Source of the DNA: Candidatus Sericytochromatia bacterium
Lineage (GTDB): Bacteria > Cyanobacteriota > Sericytochromatia > S15B-MN24 > JAQBPE01
Length of the DNA stretch: 64,000 bases
Assembly: GCA_040400605.1 (NCBI GenBank)
Contig: JBBAPZ010000007.1
Coordinates: 51,485-115,484 of the forward strand
Reading direction: 5' to 3'
Part shown: piece after piece, positions 1-7,673 of the stretch
Layout: each line of letters begins with the position of its first letter
How positions within the stretch are numbered: position 1 is the first letter of the stretch
The notes under the pieces: generated by a model
Told to the model about the DNA's origin: nothing
Seen by the model: the letters and a program-made list of their open reading frames with translations, nothing else
The model's database searches: none
Translations under genes and position numbers: made by a program

Positions 1-918
1 ATCGCGCTTGGCCAACCCGATGGCACGGTTCTGACGCGGGCCCGTTTTACAACGAGGCCCGACCGGGGTCCTGAGGTAGTCATCGCGGAGATGATTGCAA
101 CCGTCAACCAGTTACGCGACCAGGTAGCTGGCACCTTATCCCGGATTAATGTGGCCAGTGTTGGGCCGCTTGATCCCGTGAGCGGCCTCTTGCTTTCCCC
201 TCCTAACTTTCCTGGATGGGATGCAGTGCCCCTTCGCCACCGTTTGCAAGAGGCTTTCGGTGTCAGTGTGCTGGTCGAAAACGATGCGAACGCCGCCGCT
301 TGGGGCGAGTTCAAATTGGGCGCGGGCCGCGGGTCGGACGCCATGATGTACGTGACTGTCAGCACGGGGATTGGTGGCGGCCTTGTTTTGAATGGCCGCC
401 TTTGGCGTGGTTTTCGCTCCGGTGCCGGTGAACTGGGTCACCAGACCGTGATGCCCTTTGGTGGTCCGTCGTGCGGTTGTGGCAATGAGGGTTGCCTTGA
501 GGCACTTGCTTCCGGCACCGCGATCGTTCGGGCGGCGGCGGAACGCCTTGATCACCTTCGCACACCCGAACTCTGGCGACTGTGTCGCGGCGATCGCCAG
601 GCCTTGCGGGCAACCGATGTTGCCGTCGCGGCGGCTGCCGGCGAGCCGGAGGCGCGCCATATTTGGGAAACAGCCGTCACTTGGCTTGGGGTGGGGCTTG
701 CAAACGCGATCAATATCGTTTCTCCTGACTGCCTCATCATCGGTGGCGGCGTGGCCCGTGCCGGTGATGCACTCATTGCGCCGCTGCGACTGGCTTTGCG
801 CCAGAGGGTTCGATTGATGCCAATTGACAGGATGACACTCCGGACAGCCACGCTTGGCGATGACGCCGGTTTGATGGGCGCTCTGGTATTGCCCGAGCAG
901 GAGGCGGACAGCCGCTGA
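1..918 (+). CDS. ROK family sugar kinase (glucokinase-like), 5' end outside window
   Basis: Frame is open from base 1; ENDANAAA, STGIGGG, GELGH and CGCGNEGCLE motifs. Confidence 0.9.
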   Translation: MALGQPDGTVLTRARFTTRPDRGPEVVIAEMIATVNQLRDQVAGTLSRINVASVGPLDPVSGLLLSPPNFPGWDAVPLRHRLQEAFGVSVLVENDANAAAWGEFKLGAGRGSDAMMYVTVSTGIGGGLVLNGRLWRGFRSGAGELGHQTVMPFGGPSCGCGNEGCLEALASGTAIVRAAAERLDHLRTPELWRLCRGDRQALRATDVAVAAAAGEPEARHIWETAVTWLGVGLANAINIVSPDCLIIGGGVARAGDALIAPLRLALRQRVRLMPIDRMTLRTATLGDDAGLMGALVLPEQEADSR

Positions 919-1157
919 ACGAGCCGCAATCAGCTTCGTTGATTGGTCATTGAATGCTGGCTGCAACAAGGCGGGTTTCAACTCTCGAGCGCGGTCTTGT
1001 CACCCTTGCGGGCAGGTCTGGTGGTTGTCATTCGGGCGGCGCATCTGCCGATTTTTTGATGTTGGTATCAGGAGTGCGTCTTGCGCACCGCTTGTAGTAT
1101 CATGGCGTCAGGCTTGCATCATGGGCTGGGGCAATTCAAAAGTCTGGGGGTTTTTTC

Positions 1158-2261
1158 ATGGCTCGGGCATCTTCAGCACTGGGATGGTTGGCTTTGGTTG
1201 CAACGGGCGTTGCGGTGGGCGCACTGGCTTCCAATCGCCATGTCGAGTGGATCAACCGACTTAGCCAAAAGGGGCATCTAAGTGGCGCAACACCGCTGCT
1301 ACCGGTCGTTATCACGCTTGGGACCGAATTGTGGGAGGCGTTGGGTACGTTCCGTGACAAGGTAATGGAGGTGCCGGACGTCGTCAGGCGTGCGATGGGT
1401 TTCGCTCCGACACAGATTCACTTTAGCCTGAAAATGGATCTGGCGCCTTTTGAGTATCAGTTGCATCTTCGCGGTCTGAATGTCGGCTCAGGTACGATCA
1501 AGCCGCAGCACTTGTTTGCGGTGCAAGAACACGGCGACGGGGCGGATGATCTGCCAGGCGAGGTGGCGCGGGATGCACGTTCCGGTCGTTGGGGCATCTG
1601 GATAGCGGAACAAGATACAGGGCGGGCGCACTTGTTGGGTTATCATGCGCTGGATGCGGCCTTTGTCATGGCCTTGCATATTGAAACGTTGCTTCGGCGC
1701 CATCTGTATGAACTGCTAACCCGTGAAGAAACCTATCGGATGTTGGAGGGCGCGCGCCGAGAGTGTCCGAGAACGGTGGATGAAGTTGAAAAGCAACTCA
1801 ATGTGGGACTTATCCAAGGCGTACTTCAGAATCTGCTTCGCGAACAGGTTGCCTTGCTGGATCTACCGCTTGTTCTGGAGTTGATGAGTGATGCCAGTCG
1901 GGAGGAAACAACACCTGATGGATTGACCAGACTGGTACGCGTGGGGTTGGCCCGGCAGATCAGCGCTGCCTTTGCCGATGGGCAGGCACGACTGCATGCG
2001 ATTCCCTTCGACGTGCCAAGCGATCTGCTTCGTACCATGACCATTGGCGAACCGGCTCATCGGCAATTGGTTGAACGCGTGACGCGGCAACTGGATCACG
2101 CCCGTCATATGGGGCTGCCTGCCGTTTTGGTTGCGCCCGGTGGTATCCGCAGTGACCTGAGGCGCCTGCTTGAGCAGGACTTGCCCGATCTGCCGGTACT
2201 GGCCAAAGCAGAATTGGCCAGCGGTTACGAACTGACCTGGTTGACGGACTTACCTGTCTGA
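1158..2261 (+). CDS. FlhA/FHIPEP cytoplasmic-domain homologue with only one N-terminal hydrophobic segment
   Basis: DLAPFEYQLHLRG..VGSG, ELLTREET, IQGVLQNLLREQV, LVRVGLARQI and LPVLAKAEL resemble the FlhA C-domain; in-frame TAG at 1095-1097 excludes an upstream multi-TM domain. Confidence 0.8.
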   Translation: MARASSALGWLALVATGVAVGALASNRHVEWINRLSQKGHLSGATPLLPVVITLGTELWEALGTFRDKVMEVPDVVRRAMGFAPTQIHFSLKMDLAPFEYQLHLRGLNVGSGTIKPQHLFAVQEHGDGADDLPGEVARDARSGRWGIWIAEQDTGRAHLLGYHALDAAFVMALHIETLLRRHLYELLTREETYRMLEGARRECPRTVDEVEKQLNVGLIQGVLQNLLREQVALLDLPLVLELMSDASREETTPDGLTRLVRVGLARQISAAFADGQARLHAIPFDVPSDLLRTMTIGEPAHRQLVERVTRQLDHARHMGLPAVLVAPGGIRSDLRRLLEQDLPDLPVLAKAELASGYELTWLTDLPV

Positions 2262-2299
2262 TTCGATGCGCCCCAATCCAGTGAAAGACGTCACGCACT

Positions 2300-4915
2300 T
2301 TGGATCTCGTTGTCGCTCACACCAGAACCGACTTTGACGCGCTGGCTTCCACCATCGCGGCATCACTGCTGCATGATGGGGCCGTACCTTTTTTGCAGAG
2401 CCAACTGGATGCACGGGTTGCGTCCTTCGTTTCGGTACACAGGGACGAACTCGGCCTCAAACGCATCGACGAGGTCGATCTCAACGATGTGCACCGCGTC
2501 ATCGTCGTCGATACGCGGCGTCCCGAACGATTGGGAGACGCGGCACCGTTGTTGAAACGCCACGATGTGGAATGGGTCGTTTATGATCACCACCCCATTC
2601 AAGACGGCGATCTCCTGGTGCCAGCGGGTAGCTCGCGTCGCGTCGGCGCCTGCGTCACCTTGCTCATTGAGGCACTTCGTGAAAAAGGGTGTGCCATATC
2701 GCCAATTCAGGCGACCACGATGGCCATCGGCATCTATGCGGACACGGGTCGTTTCAGTTATCCCGGCACGTGTTCTGATGATTTGCTGGCGGCGGCCTAT
2801 TTGCTGCAGCACGGTGCCGACCTCACCTTGATTCAGCATTATACAGAACCTCAGCTTAGCCACAAGCAAAGAGACCTTCAGGAGAAACTGCGCGCCTGTG
2901 GCGTCACCGTGGCGCAGGACGAACACGATGTGTTTCTGGCCAGTTGTTCCCACGAGACACACGTTGACGGGTTGGCGCTGATCACCGAACTTCTGCAGGA
3001 AGAAACCCACGCTGACGTCATCATCATCGCTGTCGCCATGCGCCCCCACGTGGTCAATGTCGTTGCACGAAGCCAACTTCCGGCGCTTGATCTGAGACAG
3101 ACACTGGCGTTCTTGAACGCAAAAGGGCACGCCGGGGCCGTTTCCGCGTTGGTGCGTGACCAACCCCTCGAGCGCATCGTCATCGAACTGCGCGACGCGC
3201 TCCAACGGGCACTCCCTTCAACACCGCGTGCAATGGACATGATGAGTGCGCCTGTCCGAAGCATTGCACCAACCCAAACGCTTTCTCAGGCCAACCTGCT
3301 TTTGGAGCGCCTTGGACACTCGGCGTTGCTGGTCATGGATGAAACAGGTCGGTTAAAAGGAGTGTTATCCAAGCGCGACGTGGCCAAAGGTCTGCGACAC
3401 GGTTTAGCGGAAACACCCGTTTCGGACTGGATGACACGACGAGTGGTCAGCATCCCCCCAGATTGCACGCTGACTGACATTGAACGCTTGATGGGGCGTC
3501 ACGATATTGGCCGCATGCCCGTGATCAAAAACAGCGCGGTGCTCGGTATCGTGACGCGCTCGGATGTCTTGCGTATCCGTTATGGGCATCGCTTGTCAGG
3601 GGAGCAAGTTGTCAAGAAGCGTGTTCAGCCAATCAAGCAGCGCTTGCTCAGGCAGTGGCGTGAAGAAGACTGTCAGTTGCTTGAGCTGGTTGCCGGTGTG
3701 TCCGGTATGGAGCGCGTCTATTTGGTGGGCGGGGCTGTCCGGGATCTTTTATTGGGGCACGACAATCCTGATATCGATCTCGTGGTGGAAGGTTCGGCCA
3801 TTGATCTCGCACGCCGTTTGACCGAGGTTTTAGCAGGCGCCCAACTGCAAATACATGAGGCAGTTGGGACTGCCCGCATCCACCTCACAGGCGATCGCCA
3901 CCTCGATGTGGCAAGCGCACGCACCGAATATTACGCCCGGCCCGGTGCCGTGCCTGACATTGCGTTCAGCTCACTCAAACAAGACCTCGCACGCCGAGAC
4001 TTCACCATCAATTGCCTGGCCATCCAGTTAAGCCCACCGCCTTTTGGCCAGTTGCTTGACTTTTTCGACGCCCTGCAGGACTTGGACGACAAGCAACTAC
4101 GAGTCTTGCACAACCTCAGTTTTGTCGAAGACCCCAGCCGTGTTTTGCGTGCCGTTCGCTTTGAAAGTCAACTCGGTTTTCGCCTCGAACCCGGTTCGGA
4201 GCAACTTGCGCGCACGACGCTCAAAAATAGGCAATTTGCCGGTTTCGGCAGCAAACGCGTCATGCAGGAGTTACAACGCATCTTGTGCCTGCCTCATCCT
4301 CTCCAAGCGCTTGACAGGCTGAATGATTTGGGGGCACTCAGCCTCATTCACCCGGAATTGACGTTGGCCTCACACACCCGTCGCTCATTGCGTCTCGCCC
4401 ACAGGCTCGCGTTAACTGCAAAACTGGATCCAAGCGGCAGTTCCGCTTTGTATTTAAGTGTCTTGCTTGAAAGGCTGCCATCAACCGCACAAAAAGAAGC
4501 CTTGCGGAGTCTGCAATTCAGTAGGACCGCCTGGAACAGAATTTTGGCTCCGATTGAAGCGCTTGAGGAATGGTCAAAGGGCATATCCAGTGCCAGCCGC
4601 ATTCATCGTTTGTTACAACGGTTTGATGACTGGGCCATTCTCGCCGTCATGGTGCTTGGGCGATCGCACCCCATCTCGCCTTGGCTCCGCCACTTTCGTC
4701 GCGACTGGCGCTCCAAGGCCGTCGAGCACTCAGGTGCCGACCTGATGCGCCTTGGGCTCACGCCCGGTCCCCGCTACGCAGAAATTCTGGATGCCCTCCT
4801 TGAAGCCAAATTAACCCACCCATTGCCAGACAAGTCGGCGGAAAAAGCGTGGCTCGATACCTTTCTTAAAGCCGAAACGGCTGCGCGTGGAGAAGCATCC
4901 CGTGGACGTGATTGA
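2300..4915 (+). CDS. DHH-CBS-fused tRNA nucleotidyltransferase (CCA/A-adding enzyme)
   Basis: DFDA and YDHH (DHH), tandem CBS domains, LVGGAVRDLLLG..DIDL, DLARRDFTIN, EDPSRVLRAVRF. Confidence 0.9.
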   Translation: MDLVVAHTRTDFDALASTIAASLLHDGAVPFLQSQLDARVASFVSVHRDELGLKRIDEVDLNDVHRVIVVDTRRPERLGDAAPLLKRHDVEWVVYDHHPIQDGDLLVPAGSSRRVGACVTLLIEALREKGCAISPIQATTMAIGIYADTGRFSYPGTCSDDLLAAAYLLQHGADLTLIQHYTEPQLSHKQRDLQEKLRACGVTVAQDEHDVFLASCSHETHVDGLALITELLQEETHADVIIIAVAMRPHVVNVVARSQLPALDLRQTLAFLNAKGHAGAVSALVRDQPLERIVIELRDALQRALPSTPRAMDMMSAPVRSIAPTQTLSQANLLLERLGHSALLVMDETGRLKGVLSKRDVAKGLRHGLAETPVSDWMTRRVVSIPPDCTLTDIERLMGRHDIGRMPVIKNSAVLGIVTRSDVLRIRYGHRLSGEQVVKKRVQPIKQRLLRQWREEDCQLLELVAGVSGMERVYLVGGAVRDLLLGHDNPDIDLVVEGSAIDLARRLTEVLAGAQLQIHEAVGTARIHLTGDRHLDVASARTEYYARPGAVPDIAFSSLKQDLARRDFTINCLAIQLSPPPFGQLLDFFDALQDLDDKQLRVLHNLSFVEDPSRVLRAVRFESQLGFRLEPGSEQLARTTLKNRQFAGFGSKRVMQELQRILCLPHPLQALDRLNDLGALSLIHPELTLASHTRRSLRLAHRLALTAKLDPSGSSALYLSVLLERLPSTAQKEALRSLQFSRTAWNRILAPIEALEEWSKGISSASRIHRLLQRFDDWAILAVMVLGRSHPISPWLRHFRRDWRSKAVEHSGADLMRLGLTPGPRYAEILDALLEAKLTHPLPDKSAEKAWLDTFLKAETAARGEASRGRD

Positions 4916-5510
4916 TTCAAATCTGACACACCTTGTCATTTTGCTTGTGTTATTCGTTCCTTCGATCACGGTTCATGAATTCGCTCACGCCGTGGTGGCG
5001 CATACGTTAGGCGATCGCACCCCCCAGCGTCACGGTCGCCTCACCCTCAATCCGCTCGCCCACTTGGATCCAATCGGTACCCTGTGTCTTTTGTTCGCCG
5101 GATTTGGATGGGCCAAACCAGTGCCCGTAACAACCTGGGATTTACGCCACCCGCGCCTGGCTGAGTGCCTGATCGCGCTCGCAGGCCCCGCAAGCAACCT
5201 GCTTCTTGCCTGGCTGACACTGTGGCTGTACACCCATGCGACAACCAAACCCTCACCAGAAGCCAGTCTCTTGCTTGCCGGCTTCAGCCTCAATGTCACG
5301 CTTGCCGTTTTCAACATGCTACCTGTTCCGCCACTTGACGGGGGGCACTTAATCGCCAATCTCATCCCGGAACGTCACCGAGCACGCTACGAAGCCTTGC
5401 TACCATACGGCATCCTGATCGTCTTGTTGATGGTTTTCGTGCCAGCACTCAACCAACCGCTCGTGCTGCTTAACCAATCAGTGCGCCAATTGATCATCAA
5501 AGCGGTTTGA
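4887..5510 (+). CDS. Site-2 protease (peptidase M50); start may be GTG 4902 or 4908
   Basis: HEFAH, GRLTLNPLAHLDP, AGPASN, FNMLPVPPLDGG. Confidence 0.92.
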   Translation: MEKHPVDVIDSNLTHLVILLVLFVPSITVHEFAHAVVAHTLGDRTPQRHGRLTLNPLAHLDPIGTLCLLFAGFGWAKPVPVTTWDLRHPRLAECLIALAGPASNLLLAWLTLWLYTHATTKPSPEASLLLAGFSLNVTLAVFNMLPVPPLDGGHLIANLIPERHRARYEALLPYGILIVLLMVFVPALNQPLVLLNQSVRQLIIKAV

Positions 5511-5514
5511 AGCC

Positions 5515-5988
5515 ATGTGGCTGCGCATCCGTCAAGTAATGTACTACCTATTTCCCAGAACATCCCCCCACGACAGCGATTTTATCGCAACCATTCTCAA
5601 CCCCCAGCAGCAAGCCCTGTTTTGCTCCCTCAGTTTGCCTGACCAAGCCCACGCCATCCGCGTCGCACGACGAATGCAACGACGCAACGCACCCCGCTTC
5701 GCACTCGAAGCCGCATTGCTGCACGATTGTGGAAAACCCGCCGACTTCAGACTCTGGATGCGCATCGCCTGTGTCATCGCCACACACCACCCCATGCTCA
5801 CCCACTGGGCACAGCAAAAACCCTGGTTTCAGATTTACCACCAGCATGGTGACCGTGGCTTGAAACTCGCAGAAGCGCACGGCAGCACGCCAGAAGCCCT
5901 CGCTTTGCTACACGCCTGTTTGCACGACCCAAGCACAAACACTTTGCCTTGGCTTCAGGCCCTGCAACAATGCGATGATTTGGGCTGA
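5515..5988 (+). CDS. HD domain-containing protein
   Basis: DQAHAIRVA, ALLHDCGK, HGDRG, terminal CDD. Confidence 0.8.
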   Translation: MWLRIRQVMYYLFPRTSPHDSDFIATILNPQQQALFCSLSLPDQAHAIRVARRMQRRNAPRFALEAALLHDCGKPADFRLWMRIACVIATHHPMLTHWAQQKPWFQIYHQHGDRGLKLAEAHGSTPEALALLHACLHDPSTNTLPWLQALQQCDDLG

Positions 5989-5991
5989 GCT

Positions 5992-6204
5992 TCACGCTTC
6001 ACCGCTTTGACCTTGCTGCAACCACTGCTGCAAGCCCTGAGCTTCAGCAACTTGATAATACTCACCCTTGAACTGACGCGCTTTCAATAATCCCAAACTT
6101 TGCTCAAGTGATTCAGTCAAGGCCAAGCACGCTGGCCCCGTCACGCCACGAACATCCAGTTGAATCGCACCTTCTGATGTGATCACGATTTCTATCTCCT
6201 GCAT
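5992..6204 (-). CDS. DUF2997 family small protein
   Basis: IEIVITSEGAIQLDVRGVTGPACLALTESLEQSLG...EYY pattern; GAGGAGG RBS. Confidence 0.8.
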   Translation of the reverse strand: MQEIEIVITSEGAIQLDVRGVTGPACLALTESLEQSLGLLKARQFKGEYYQVAEAQGLQQWLQQGQSGEA

Positions 6205-6462
6205 CGCCTGGTGCCTCCTCTCACCACCACTTAAACAAAAAAGCGTTGATTGGCCGTCAAACGTTGGTTATCAGTAAACAACAGCAGGTGACTGCCCGAT
6301 GTTGTTGAGTTTACTACACACGTTTTGAACAGAAACAGCCGTGTCACGGTATATCAGCAAATGAACTCGTGACGACGACACGTTGCTTGCCAATCAACGT
6401 TGAACACAGAACCGCGAGCTTCCGCTAACGTTACAAAACCGGGACTTCAGGCCACATCCGTT

Positions 6463-7635
6463 CTACCGCCCGGTGGCGCCTTCCGCCCGAGCTGTCAGCA
6501 ACATACCCCATTTTTCCCGATAACCATCGCCCGACTCGAAGGGCGTCAACTCAGACGCCCGCTGCATCGATTCGATGGCCTGATCCAGTTGCCCCAATTT
6601 CCAAAAGGTCGTACCAAGCCCATCCCAAGCCGGCGCATGCGTTGGCTGCACACTCAGAGCCAATTCAAAACAGGCACGGGCACCAGAATAACGGCTGTCT
6701 TGCAACATCGCCCATCCCAACCCCGTTCGCGCTTCCACCCAATGGGGTGCAAGTAACAGCGCTTTGCCAAAACTGCCAACCGCATCGGCGTGCAAGCCAT
6801 TTTCTAATTGCGCAACCGCCAGGTCATACGCGGATTCAGCGCTTGTGGGACTCAGGCTGAAGACCGTTTGGAAAGCTGTGAGTGCCTGTGACAGGTGGCC
6901 CAACGCCATCTCAATCTGCCCAATGGCTCGCCACGACGTCAGATGATTCGGCTGACGGTTCACTGCGCGTTGATAGGCCGCGCGCGCGCATTCCAACTGA
7001 CCCAGTAACTGAAACGATCGCCCGACACCAGCTAACCATTCAACCGCCAATGTCTCTTGTTCGAACAGTTTTGCCAATACCTCCAAGGCATCAGAGATAG
7101 CGTCGTGCGCAGGTGCCAAGTTAACCAATTGCTCAAGCACGAGCAGGTCGGCACAACCAGACAACAGCCAATCTGTCATGACGGCCAACACGCGTGGTCC
7201 ATCTCCCATTTTTTCGTGATAACGAACCAACCCGGCATACGCTTCCGGCGTTGTGTGGCATACGCTCAGGGCACTGATCCACAATGCGTAGGCTTCGGAC
7301 CAAGCGCCACGTAACTCAGCGACTGAAGCCAAACCAAGGTATGCCGCCACCAAACGCTCATCCAACGCAAGCGCTTCGGCAAAAGCCTCTGCAGCAAGGC
7401 CCAGACGGGGTGGCTGAACAGCCAGATAGGACTGCCCCAACCCCAACCAAGCCAACGCATCGCGCCGTTCCAAAGCCAAGGCGGCAAAAAAACATTCACG
7501 TGCCCCAGCACCATCACCAGTCACAAGCCGCTGTTTCCCCAGCGCCAACCAAGATCCGGATTCATCGACAGGCAGCCCCTGACCGTCAGAAAAACCCTCT
7601 CGACAACCGTATCGCGAATCAGGCAATTCCGTCAC
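6463..7635 (-). CDS. Tetratricopeptide repeat protein
   Basis: Repeated AWLGLG / AYLGLA / AWDGLG TPR helices. Confidence 0.85.
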   Translation of the reverse strand: MTELPDSRYGCREGFSDGQGLPVDESGSWLALGKQRLVTGDGAGARECFFAALALERRDALAWLGLGQSYLAVQPPRLGLAAEAFAEALALDERLVAAYLGLASVAELRGAWSEAYALWISALSVCHTTPEAYAGLVRYHEKMGDGPRVLAVMTDWLLSGCADLLVLEQLVNLAPAHDAISDALEVLAKLFEQETLAVEWLAGVGRSFQLLGQLECARAAYQRAVNRQPNHLTSWRAIGQIEMALGHLSQALTAFQTVFSLSPTSAESAYDLAVAQLENGLHADAVGSFGKALLLAPHWVEARTGLGWAMLQDSRYSGARACFELALSVQPTHAPAWDGLGTTFWKLGQLDQAIESMQRASELTPFESGDGYREKWGMLLTARAEGATGR

Positions 7636-7673
7636 AACGGTCTCCCAACCGAGCCAGCCTCTGCAACGACCGT

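Noticed and set aside
136..981. Long antisense ORFs (also 2363-3205, 11177-11956, 17765-18490, 55579-56238)
   Set aside because: Shadow frames of well-supported genes in GC-rich DNA
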